Source of the DNA: Callorhinchus milii
Taxonomy: Eukaryota
DNA: 64,000 nt
NCBI RefSeq assembly: GCF_018977255.1
Contig: NW_024704742.1
Coordinates: forward strand, 79,858,001-79,922,000
Direction of reading: 5' to 3'
The notes below the pieces were generated by a model. The model did no database searches. It worked only from the letters and a program-made list of their open reading frames with translations, and was not told the origin of the DNA. The translations under genes were made by a program, and so were the position numbers. The stretch's first letter is position 1, and each line of letters opens with the position of its first letter. This document shows positions 12,508 through 24,200 of this stretch, piece after piece.

Positions 12508-12920
12508 CTCTAGAAAGTAGAAGAATTAGAGGGGATCTTATAAACCTATAAGATCATCAAAGGGCATGATGGAGTAGATAGTGGGAGATTGTTTCCCCTG
12601 GTTGGAGAAACTAAGAAACTAAACTGAAACAAAACTAAACTAAACTGAGAAGCTGTTGACGCTCAGTCCTTGAACATAACTTAACATGCAGGAGTAGGCC
12701 ATTCGATCCTTTGAGCCTGCCCCGCCATTCAATCATGGGAACATATTCAAGACTGAGATAGATAGATTTCTTATTACAAAAGGGATTAAAGGATATGGGG
12801 ATAAGGCAGGGTCAGGTTACTAATTGGAGTTAGATTAGAAGATCAGCCATGATTGAATGGCGGGGCAGGCTCGAAGGGCCGAATGGCCTACTCCAGCTCC
12901 TACATGTTATGTTATGTTGT
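12508..12920 (+). mobile_element. CR1 3' fragment with an internal inverted copy of its own tail
   Basis: SLESRRIRGDLI motif and CR1 3' UTR; 12677-12738 is the reverse complement of ~12847-12918. Confidence 0.8.
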
Positions 12921-13809
12921 TGAACAACTGAAAGAAGAAATTTATTTTAGTGCTTACCATTTTTGATTGCATTTGAGGTAAATGTGCAGAAGTGCAAGAG
13001 AATTAGTTCATAGTGCTTTTGAAATACAATGACATATTTTTAAATTGTAGTTTCTATATTGGTGTGCAAATATTTATTAAAGTACATTTTACCCCCCAAG
13101 GCAAATTGAGGTGCAATATTCCAATAATAAAAACCTAAACTTACATGGAGCATCATTTATTATTATCCAATCTAAATAAAAGAACAAACAGCAACCTTCA
13201 ACAGAAATCTTACTGCCAGAATCATTACGTGATTACTTTTCCACATGAATCTATGAAGTGCCAAGCCTAAATATGAAAGACTCTAAAAATATCCACTTCT
13301 ATTTTTCTTCATGCCGTGACCTTTATCCATTCCTTTAAAAAGAACTTTACTGAGTCTTCAGAGGTCAATTCTATTTGAGCTTGAGAAACATCTTTCTAAT
13401 GTGAAGGGCACTATACAAGTATAATTTGTTGTTATTGTATTTTCTAAACAAATTGTATTTTATGTTACTTACTGATAATGGCTTTGACATGTTTTTGAGC
13501 CCATGCCAGCAACTTATTCTGGAGGCCAGATTTAAAGATGTAAACATACAGAAACATAAGAGCATTTATCTTCATTAGCATTATAGGACGTACAGTCACA
13601 CCTGAAAATAACATGCTTCATTATACCATGGATCTGTTTATAGTGGTGCGCGTCATGAAGCTGCGGTATACTGGAAATTTGCTATACATATAGCTTCCAG
13701 TGCTTGCTGGCTGGCTTCTTGTGCATAACACACAACCACAAGAGATTCCCTGACTTCCTAGGGTCTTGCAACGTTTTGAAACGGAGCAACTTCAAAGTGG
13801 TTGATTGGT

Positions 13810-13940
13810 TTCCCCCCCTGCCCTCCCCCCTCCGCCACTCCGCCCCCCAGCTCGGGTCCGTAACTTTGTCTGTCCAGCGCCTTGGGACGTCCTCCCAACG
13901 TGAAGGGCGCTTTACAAATGTAATTTTGTTGTTGTTGTTG
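13810..13940 (+). mobile_element. L2 3' tail
   Basis: TCCAGCGCCTTGGGACGTCCTCCCAACGTGAAGGGCGCT followed by (TTG)n. Confidence 0.85.
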
Positions 13941-14626
13941 GTTTCCTGCACACAACAACATGCAGGAAGTGAGGTCAGCAGTGGCCTGACAACCTGAAGC
14001 TACTGACCAATTTTAAAAATTGACTCGTTATAACTTGGGAACTGACTTTATGGGCTTAAATCACCGTATTATATCAGTGGATTGACTTTAGTAGCCGTTG
14101 GGTGCAATTGTAGCATTCATCGCACCTAGCCCTTGTGATTATTCAACATGTGGGACCACTGTCAATGATTCCCAGCAAGTTATGCAACTCAAGAAAAGGG
14201 AACATAACCCAGTGCTGTCCTTAAACAGCAACACACTAGAGCAAGGTTGCTGGACAATGATCAGGAGCAAGAAGCCTGGATAATTCACCATACCCTAACA
14301 AGCGTCTGAAGCCTATTTTCTGTCTGGTTCAGCTATTTACTTAACCACCAGGGAACACCTTGTATTAATTTCAATCATAAATTTGCATTTTCTGTTTTTT
14401 TTTGCTGAGAAATACTAGTTAGATTTCCAAAACCTTGGATGTGATGTAGCTGCAGTTTACACCAATTTACAGTATTATCCTTACTGTCATTCCTCCTTTT
14501 ATCCAGGGACAGTAAGTGCCTTTAATTCCCATGTTTCATCCAGCACTTAAGTGAGGGCAGGTTTGCCAAACCACAAACCGCTGGCTGTAGGGTTGATATG
14601 AAGTGGCAGTGCCTCTTAAACATTAA

Positions 14627-14890
14627 TTCCCAGGCAGAGGGCGAAACCTTGGGCAAGTTTCCTTACTCCACACAGAGCCTAATAATAATCATCCAAAACC
14701 AAAAACAATAATAAATTGGTCATTTTCAATCTACGACTGTTTGTGGGACATTGCTGTGCACAATTGGCTGCCGCGTTCACCCACAAATATACAGTCAATT
14801 CACTTTACAGTGTGTTCTGTGAAGCGCTTTGGGACATCCTCCCGACGTGAAAAGCGCTATATCAAATGCAAGGATTATTATTATTATTAT
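14627..14890 (+). mobile_element. tRNA-SINE, 5' truncated at the B box
   Basis: Matches the copy at 45353-45687. Confidence 0.85.
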
Positions 14891-15335
14891 ATGAAACCAG
14901 CTACTGCATATCAGAAAATAAAAACTAATATCTGGGTTGCAGTAACATCTTTCAACCTGACAGTGGCTCCTATTCACTAAGCAAATACCATTTTCAGCAA
15001 AATCAGCAAGTGGTCAGAAAGTGTATTTTTGCTGAAAGGGAACCTCTACAGTTTCACTGAAACTGCTGCCTGCTGGACCTTAGCCTTCTCAATAAGTATG
15101 TCATTGATGGTATGGGATGAATAACATGTGCATCATAAGTATTCAGCAATTTCGGTTGATTTGGAGTGAGGAAGAAATGCTGCGAATGTTTTGCTGCAGA
15201 GATTGTATGGGTTAGGGTCAATTCCATGGGGGTGAGAAAACATTCATTGCTTCTGAAAAGAGAGCTTGCTGAGGCAAACTAGACCTTTCTTATTCCTTAA
15301 CTTTGCTACGTTCTTAACACTCTTGCCTCCCCTTT

Positions 15336-16633
15336 TCCCTCTGACATTGTATCTCTCTCTCAGTCATGTATCATTCTGTGCCTGTATCCCTGTTACGGTA
15401 TCCCTCTGTCACTGTATCTCTACCTCTGTCACTGTGCCTCTGTATCTCTGTCTTTCAGTCACTGTATCTCTCTGTCATTTTGTGTCAGTCACTGTATCTC
15501 TATCTCTCTGTCACTGTATCACTGTCATTGTCTCCCAATCACTTTATCTCCCCTTCACCATATCTCTCCATCACCGTATCTCTCCGTCACCGTATCTCTC
15601 CGTCACCATGTCCCTCCGTCACCGTGTCCCTCCGTCACCGTGTCCCTCTGTCACTGTATCTCCTTGTCACTGTATCTATCTCTCTGTCACTGTATCCTGT
15701 AGCTCAGTGGTTAGAGCACTCGCTTTGCAAGTGAGAGACCTGAGTTCAATTCCAGGCAGAGGGCGAAACCTTGGGCAAGTTTCCTTACTCCACACACCTA
15801 ATAATATTCCCTCCAAAACCAAAAACAATAATAAATTGGTCATTTTCAATCCATGACTGTTTGTGGGACATTGCTGTGCGCAATTGGCTGCCGCGTTCGC
15901 CCACAAATATACAGTCAATTCACTTTACAGTATATTCTGTGAAGCGCTTTGGGACATCTAGAAGACGTGAAAGGCGCTATATCAAATGCAAGATTATTAT
16001 TATTATTATCATCTCTGTTTCAGGCTGCTGAAACTCTTGTTCATGCCTTCATCACCTCCAGGCTCGACTATGCAAAAGCTCTGCTTCTCAGGCTTTCCAA
16101 CTCCTCCCTCCACAGGCTGCAGATAATCCAGAACTCTGCAGCCCATGTCCTCTCCCGCACTAAACTCCGTGACCCCATCTCCCCCACTCTCACCCGACTC
16201 CATTGGCTCCCTGTCCTTCAGAGGATCCAGTTCAAGATCCTGGTCCTCACCTACAAAGCCCTCAATGGCCTCGCCCCACCCTACCTCTGTGACCTCCTAA
16301 CCCCCCACCAACCCGCCCATTCCCTCCGCTCAGTCAGCCTATTCCATGTCCCTCGACCCACCCGCCCCACCATTGGCAGGAAAGCCTTCAACTCCTCTGC
16401 CCCCAACCTCTGGAATTCCATCCCCCAATCACTCCGCCTCACACCCTCCTTAGCCTCCTTCAAGTCCTGCCTCAAAACCCTCCTCTTCGACCATGCCATC
16501 GGTCACCCGCCTTCCCCTCCCCTCCCTTCTCCCCCCTGACCACAGCTTGGGTCTGAAATGCTGAACACTGTCCGGCGCCTTGGGACGTCCTCCCGACATG
16601 AAAGGTGTTATACAAATGTAATCTTGTTGTTGT
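15336..16633 (+). mobile_element. Composite minisatellite (15336-15694) + tRNA-SINE (15695-16009) + L2 3' fragment (16010-16633); inverted copy of ~3657-5045
   Basis: Reverse complement of 3657-5045 with the same internal junctions. ORF pairs 4090-4284/16009-16203 and 4379-4624/15676-15918 are near identical. Confidence 0.9.
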
Positions 16634-17003
16634 AATGTTGTTCACTGGCTCCATAAGAATGAGTGGCAAGAACAACAAGAGTGCACTAGACTCTCCTCTT
16701 GGGTTGGGATCCCTTCACCTCATGGGATCTTCCATTCCTGGATAAGGATTGGTCCTCCTTCATAATAACAACACATTACATTTGTGTAGCACCTTTCATG
16801 TCAGGAGAACGTCCCAAGGCACTGAACAGTCATAGATTTGGACCCAAGCTGGGGTTTGGAATCAGGAGAGATGGAGAGCATCCGTGATCCCAAAACTCCC
16901 CGTGCTGCCAAAGGCTTGTTCTTGATCAAAGGAGTATTGTTTTGTAATCACCTGCATTAAATGTATTTGTGAAATTATCTCAAAATCAAAATTATATTAC
17001 TTT

Positions 17004-17200
17004 TAATAATAATCCTTGCATTTGATATTGTGCCTTATCACGTCTTCGAGATGTCTCAAGCGATTCACAGGATATACTGTAAAGTGAATTGACTGTACGT
17101 TTTGTGGGTGAAAGATGGCAGCCAGTTGCGCACAGCAGTGTCCCAGAAACAGTCTTGGATTGAGTGACCAAATTATTATTTATTTTTGAAGGAATTATTA
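17004..17200 (-). mobile_element. tRNA-SINE 3' half
   Basis: Reverse complement of the SINE body and tail. Confidence 0.75.
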
Positions 17201-17389
17201 CACTCGGAAAAGCTTTGATTCTAAGCATTATCATTCAATTTTACATATCTAAAAAATGTCTCTAGGCATTTCGGAGATGAATATTGCCAAGTTAGAAGCA
17301 CTTTGCGACATCTCAATGACGTGATGAGGCATTTTATTAAATTGAAGGGTTATTATTATAAGTATGTTGACTGTTTCTGTAGATAAGCA

Positions 17390-17655
17390 TGGCAGCCATT
17401 TGCATCAGCAGATTACTGACAGATTAATTGTGGACATCAGTGAATCGACAGGACATCAAAAGTAACTATCTCCCCATTCCGAATAATGCCATGGGATCTT
17501 CAATGTCCCCTTGAGTTGGCATCACTGTCAAGGCAGGATTCCCTCAGTAATGCTCAGGAATCACAATCTAGACTATAAGATCAAGACCTGATATAATTTT
17601 TGAACCCACAACTTTTTGACCCAGAATCAAGAAACAGCCAACTAAACTAAGCTGA
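17390..17655 (-). mobile_element. Degraded Deu-domain SINE
   Basis: Minus strand carries AAGATCCCATGGCATTATTCGG and a GTGGGTTCAAA B-box head. Confidence 0.55.
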
Positions 17656-18194
17656 TTAAATACTGAAACGGCAATGAATCATCACTAGCTGCAATCTAAC
17701 AGACTGTCAATGCTTTCAAAGCCATTCCCACATATGCCTTGGGACTTTAATATTTTATCTATTCCTAAATAATAGTTTCCTAAATATTAGGAAAATACAG
17801 AAGAAAAATTATTTCAGTTTGTTTGAATTTTAAATTTAAATTTAGAAATCTACTTGTTTTCTTCATGATCCCGAGCAGTAATCATCCGCAAAGCATTCAT
17901 AGACTCCCTAACAGAGCTAAGCGGGCAATACTATATGAAGTTTTTTATTGCAGCAGGCATTAAATTAGATTACTTTTTATCAGTCCAGTGGTGTGGGTTT
18001 AAGGGTCAAAACTCCATGGTGTTGAACTGCTCTTCAGACTCCATGTGCTGCCCCAGTTCATTGAATTCAAACAGAGATTCAAATCATTGCAGATAATGAA
18101 CTGGAATACATTGGTTCAGTGCTGAGGGCTGAACACTTTGCACTTTGTAACTTACTGCCCAAGGGGTCTAAGCTTCATTATATTTTATATTTGT

Positions 18195-18560
18195 TATCCT
18201 CGGTTGGTTGCACTCTCGTCTCTGAGTTTGAAGGCAATGGGTTCAAGCCCCACATCAAGGCTTTGAGATCATATCGCCTAAGCTAACACTTCAATACTGT
18301 GCTGGAGGTGTGTTGCATTGGATGAGTTGGTCCCATCTGCCTGTTCAGTCAAAGATCACATGGCACAACTCGAAAAGAGAAAGGAGTTTCTCTTGGTGTT
18401 CTAGCCAATAATCTCCCAGAGAGAGAAAAAAATAGTTATTTACTTCATGACTGTTCATGGGACATTGCTGTGCTATTGGCTGCCATTGTCGTTTATAAAA
18501 TATAGTCACTGCACTTTACAGTAAACTGCTTTTGGAGTATCCTATCCTGTTAATGTGTCC
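18195..18560 (+). mobile_element. Deu-domain SINE (AmnSINE1/SacSINE1-like)
   Basis: tRNA head (GGTTCAAGCCCC), GCTAACACTTCAATACTGTGCTG, AAAGATCACATGGCAC, GGTGTTCTAGCCAA, GGGACATTGCTGTG. Confidence 0.7.
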
Positions 18561-19244
18561 CATGAATATTTTTATGACACTACCGCCATCGATGTATTTA
18601 AGAGAAAACTTGATGCAAACATGAGGCTGAAGGGAATAGATTTGAATAGGAGAGGAAATAGGAGGGATGGGGCATATTGTGAAATCTAAACATGTACAGG
18701 GTGTCCACACAAAGTCCTGTTACCCCTATGTTTTTTTCTCAACAGTGCACTGATCAACAACCAAAACATGTGGAAGAATGATGATAATTGTATCTAGAAG
18801 TTCTTGTATTCACACTTAATTCTCAGGCACTAATTATTACAAGGACTATAGTGACCTATGGCACAGTTAAATAGTATGGTGGTTCAGAACTGGTTCAAAA
18901 GGAAAGGATTCTGATGTAACCTGACATGAGAGCAGCTTGGACCCTACCCTGCTTATTCAGTGTGTTACAATCACTGAAGCAACTTTGCGTGCTGGAACTT
19001 GTGCTGGTCAGCAGCACCCTCCATACCATCAGCCAAACCTTTTGTTTCCTGAATGTGGGGAAAGGGTTGTACAGGTCAAAGTCATATTATTGGTAGGTAA
19101 AGGAATGCTGGCAGCTCAGTCAGCATATTGTCCTAAAATCAGCATATTGTACTAAAAATATGGTCCTAAAAACAGTTGGCAGCAATGCTGAATGCAGTAT
19201 GAGAGAGAAGGAAAGACAATTCTCTGTCACTTATGATGATTACA

Positions 19245-19364
19245 AGGACACCGATTTAAAATAGTTGTTAAAAGAAACAGAGGGGAGGTGAGGAGAAATG
19301 TTTTTCACGCAGCGAGTTGTTCGGATCTGGAATACATTGCCTGAAAGGGTGATGGAAGCTGATT
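19245..19364 (+). repeat. 120-bp copy of the CR1 segment at 20821-20940
   Basis: Identical except for one base by direct comparison. Confidence 0.9.
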
Positions 19365-20174
19365 GTTATTTTAATAATAATTATCCTTGCATCTAGTGTT
19401 GCGCCTTTCACGTTGATGTCTCAAAGTGCTTCACAGGATTTATTGTGAAGTGGAGTGACTGCGTTTTTAGGCGAACATGACAGCCCAATTATGCATGGCA
19501 ATGTCCCACAAACAGCCATGAAGTGAATGAACCATTTTTTGTAAGATATCATATCTTAGAAACATACAGCAGTTTGAAATTAAAGAAACAAGTGGAACAT
19601 TTTGAAGGTGTGAGTAACAGTATATATAAAGTGGAATAAATTATTTTCTGTCGCATGCATTACACATGCAATAACTTGCTCAAGCAATAAAGGTAAACTT
19701 GTAAGATTCAAAGAAATGGAACGTTTGACTGCTTAGTAGGCACATGTGTTGCTAATAGTGCCATTGCCAGCACCTGGCATTCCTCCCTTTAGTTAGCGCA
19801 AAAATGAATCCAAGGAACAGGACAAATAAGTAAATATATAAAAAGATACATACACAATTCCAACCTAAATAGTACTTAAAAAAAGACTAGGTGAATTTAT
19901 TTTATTGAATTTATTTATTAAGTGAAGGGGCTTTGTTCATAATAATAATAATAATAATCCTTGCAGCCAAATGCAAGGATTACTAATATTATCTAAATGC
20001 AAACTGTCATTGTTGTTGAATAATCTTCTTCTTGTTGCTTGAGATTTTGAGTGTTTTTATTTCTGCAGCCCACAAATCCCTTTTTACTCATGCATTGCTA
20101 GGGATATTCAAAAATACATAATCCCTTGTAAAACATACAAGGGAGTATGTATTTTTTAAATTTGGAATTGTACT

Positions 20175-21105
20175 CCCTATAATACCCCTTATATAAATAC
20201 AAATTACCTGGACTTGGGTACAGGGAGTACAATTGCCAAGTTTGCAGATGATGCTAAGCTTGGAAAAGTAGTAAACAGTGAGGAGCATAGTAGCAAACTG
20301 CAAGAGAACATACAGTTGCAGATAAATGTGGAGAAATGCAAAGTGTGCATTTTGGAAGGAAGAATAAGGAGAGGCAATATAAGCTGATGGTAGAATCTTA
20401 AAGACGGTGAAGGAACAGAGAAACCTGGGGGTTCATGTAAGTAAATCTTTGAAGGTGACAGGACAGGTAGATAAAGCTGTTAAAAAGGCATACGGGATAC
20501 AAGGCTTTATAAATAGGGGCATAGAATACAAAAGTCAGGAAGTTACGATGAAGCTTTACAAAACACTGGTTAGGCCTCAGCCAGAGCACTATGTTCAGTT
20601 CTGGGCACTACCATTTAGGAAGGATATCAAGACATTGGAGAGGGTGCAACAGAGATTTACCAGGATGGTACCAGGAATGACGGACTTCAGTTATCAGGAG
20701 AGGCTCGAGAGCTAGGATTAGTCTCCTTGGAGCAGAGAAGGTTAAGAGAAGAATTATGTGGGGATTCACTAGGGTCTACAAGGAGAAATTATTACCACTG
20801 GTGGGTGGGTCAGTAACCTGAGGACACCGATTTAAAATAGTTGTTAAAAGAAACAGAGGGGAGGTGAGGAGAAATGTTTTTCACGCAGCGAGTTGTTTGG
20901 ATCTGGAATACATTGCCTGAAAGGGTGATGGAAGCTGATTTAGTAACAGCTTTTAAGAGAGAAGTAGATAATTATTTGGGGAGGACAAGTTTGCAGGGCT
21001 ATGGGTAGAGAGCGGGGAAGTGGCATTGGATAGCTCTTTTCAAAGATCCAGCAAAGACACAATAGGTCAAATGGCCTCCTTCTGTGATGCATAATTCTAT
21101 GATTC
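20175..21105 (+). mobile_element. CR1 LINE 3' portion (RT C-terminus and tail), decayed
   Basis: KFADDAKL, LGVHV...GFINRGIEYKS..LYKTLVRP..VQFW..DIKTLERVQQRFTRMVPG, and an ATTCTATG tail repeat. Confidence 0.9.
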
Positions 21106-21434
21106 GATGATATGCAAAAATACAATAATTGCAGCTCATTTTGAAGAAAGTCACTGTCTGAGGTTGGGTGATGTCACAGCACTGACATCAGGAGGCCTTG
21201 TGTTTCAGTGCTGGGGAATACCACCCACAAAATACCAGTTGCAAAGTTCTCATGGAAACTGCAAACATGTTGTTTAAACTTCAGTTAATTTTATCTTTTA
21301 ATGAACTTGTAACTTACAATACTTATAACAGTAAACTTACTGGTACAGAGCAGAGGAGTTTAACTTTTGAGCTTTTTGTCTATGACTTCTCTCAACCAGA
21401 AGATAATAATTACCATGAGCAAGGATTATTCTCT

Positions 21435-21785
21435 ATTGGCTCCTGTTAAACCTGTAAGCTAAAGCTTTAATTGCTGGGATGGTTCCTTCTGGACAGCAGC
21501 AGGAAGCTTGCCAGACAATTCTCTCAATGCAGTTTTAACTGGTCAAATTGCATCATAATCCAAAGTATACATAAAGCCTCGGCTATTGCCAAGCTATACC
21601 TAGTACTCTTCGGAATTAGGAAAGCAGGGTGCAGCTCTCTAGGGAGAGAGTGTGCATTATATTCCAGACACAGAGAAATTTCCATGTGGATTTACCCTAC
21701 ATAAGTTGAATTCTCAGTCTGGTTTAGATACTCTTGCATGGTGATGGGTTTCTGCATGTGCCAGATGCCTGGCTGACCAAGAAAA
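21435..21785 (+). repeat. Unclassified old interspersed repeat, copy 1 of 4
   Basis: Shares AGGAAGCTTGCCA, GTTTTAACTGGTCAAA, CCTAGTACTCTTCGGAATTAGG and CAGAGAAATTTCCATGTG blocks with 39850-40250, 23790-24200(-) and, in part, 61570-61735. Confidence 0.7.
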
Positions 21786-21811
21786 CCCCAAGACAATAAT
21801 AAATCTTCATC

Positions 21812-22014
21812 CAGCAGGTCAGGCAGCATCTATGGAAAAAGGAAAGTGAGTCAACGTTTCGGGTCCACTACTCTTCTTCAGAACTGACGAAGGGTCGTGG
21901 ACCCGAAATGTTGACTCACTTTCTTTTCTCCATAGAAGCTGCCTGACCTGCTGAGTGTTCCCTGCAACTTCTTTTTTTGTTTCAGATTTCCAGCATCTGC
22001 AGTATTTTGCGTTT
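21812..22014 (+). mobile_element. Penelope-like element terminal-repeat remnant in inverted arrangement, with hammerhead-like cores
   Basis: ~70-bp inverted arms (21812-21882 and 21884-21953); CTGACGA-A-GGGTC-GTG-GACCC-GAAA core; 3' end TTTCAGATTTCCAGCATCTGCAGTATTTTGC. Confidence 0.7.
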
Positions 22015-23155
22015 CTTTTAAATAAATCTTCATTACTATTTTGGTGTTGCCTGGTGGGTCTTGTTTCCCCAATGCTGGAGATTATTGCTAAACAAGTTCT
22101 TTTACATCTGCTCCTAGTGGCTAGTAGTATCCGCAAATTGACTGTGAGTTAGGGGTCCACTGTCTGAGGCTGATAAGGAGTTTCCTGTAAGAAGGGTTTC
22201 AAAAAAATTTGGAAAATTCCATAGATTTAAACTCCTTGTTAACATTCCCAATATGTGCAAGACCCTTCTCTTTGACTGTTCCATTTAACACTTGTATTGA
22301 ATAGAATTAAGTACTTTTAAATACAATTATCATATTCTTCCACATGTTTCAACTGTTGGTCAGTGCACTGTAGAAAAAAAACATTGGGTAACAGGACTTT
22401 GTGAATTTCGATTAATTCTAAAGTGTAGTGACTGTATATTTATGTGGCAGACAATTTTTACAGATGATTGTCCAATAAACAGCCATGAAGTGAAACATTA
22501 ATTCAATGAACCAGATGGCCTTCTTCCATGCTGTAATTTCTGCTTCTATTCTGTAGCAAATTGGACCATTCAAAGCAACACAACATTTAATACTCCAAAC
22601 TACCAGGTTACTGCAATTAGGACCACAGCAGTGGAATAAAGCTTGGAGGCAGAGATAGAGCTGGATGTCATCCACATATATAGGAGTTTAACAACAACAA
22701 AAAAATTACATTTGTATTGCGCCTTTCGTGTCAGGAAGACATTTAACCCCATGTCTGTGGATCACATCATTGTCATCATGAAATGGATATCCCTTTAAAA
22801 TAAAAACACCATTGCATATATGCTTCAACAAATCCCCTCAGTTTCCATTTCTGCTGTGATCTGGTACATTTGCTATAATTTATCTTTAGGCCTTAATTAC
22901 TTGTATCTAATTAATTTGAGGATAATTTTGATGTGCGAGCTGAAAATTGTTACATTTGTGCAGGAGAGGGTGCTCTTTAAGCTTTGAGACTTATTGTCAA
23001 AGGGAGCTTTATCCTATATCAAACTTTTGTTGCCTATCCACTTTTGTTTGATAATGACTTTGGTCACCCAAAATGGCAAGGCTTTCAAAATTTACTGGAG
23101 GTAAAAAAATTAATAAGTGAAAATCCTTGCATTTTGTTTTAATGAAATTCATACG

Positions 23156-23300
23156 GAATCATAGAATCATAGAACTATACAGCACAGAAGGAGGCCATTC
23201 GGCCCATTGTGTCTGTGCCGGCTCTTTGAAAAGAGCTATCCAAATGAATCTCACTCCCCCGCTCTCTCCCCATAGCCCTGCAAACTTATCCTCCCCGAAG
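23156..23300 (-). mobile_element. CR1 3' tail
   Basis: (ATTCTATG)n tail and GAATGGCCTCCTTCTGTGCTG. Related tails at ~25335-25460(-) and ~49600-49772(+). Confidence 0.8.
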
Positions 23301-23509
23301 GAGGACAAGTTCAATAAAAGTAATTAAGGCCTAAAGGTAAATCCTGCTTCTAACTATTGCAACAGGTCCGACAATACCATGACTGAGCTAAAGAAAGAAC
23401 TTTAGACCTATAGAAGGAATAAATAATACAAAAACATTAATTACCCTTGAAAATAATTACAGCTAAACACTTTTATGATGTTTCAACATGATAAGTGCTA
23501 TAAAAATGC

Positions 23510-23751
<242 letters not shown>

Positions 23752-23789
23752 AGTTTCCTTGATCACATATAAAGACATGATTGTTGTGT

Positions 23790-24200
23790 TGCCCTTTTTG
23801 TGGCCAGCTGGGGGTCTGATATGCGGAAACCGATCACCATACTTAAGAATATTCAAACCAAACTGAGATTTCCATGGATCCCACCTACACATGGAAATTC
23901 CCGAGATAGATTGTTGCAATGGAATGCGCTCTCTCTCCCTGGACGGAAGTGTTCCGCTTACATCATTCCAGAAAGTATTAGGCGCTGGTTGGCAAGAGCC
24001 AAGGCTTGTGGACCCCAGTGTGTACTGCTGGAGTCTAACCGGCTAAAACCACAGTGATAGGACTGTCTGGCAAGTTCTCCCACTGCTTGTCCAGCTCGGA
24101 CCACCCTATATGTTAGGGCTTTGGCTTGCAGTGTTAACAGGAGCTGAATGGGAGGATTTCCTGTCCCAGGTGACTGTCTACCCAATTCTGACATTCCATT
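23790..24200 (-). repeat. Unclassified old interspersed repeat, copy 2 of 4
   Basis: Reverse complement contains TCCCATTCAGCTCCTGTTAA, GAACTTGCCAGACA, CCTAATACTTTCTGGAAT and AATTTCCATGTGTAGGTGG. Confidence 0.7.
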
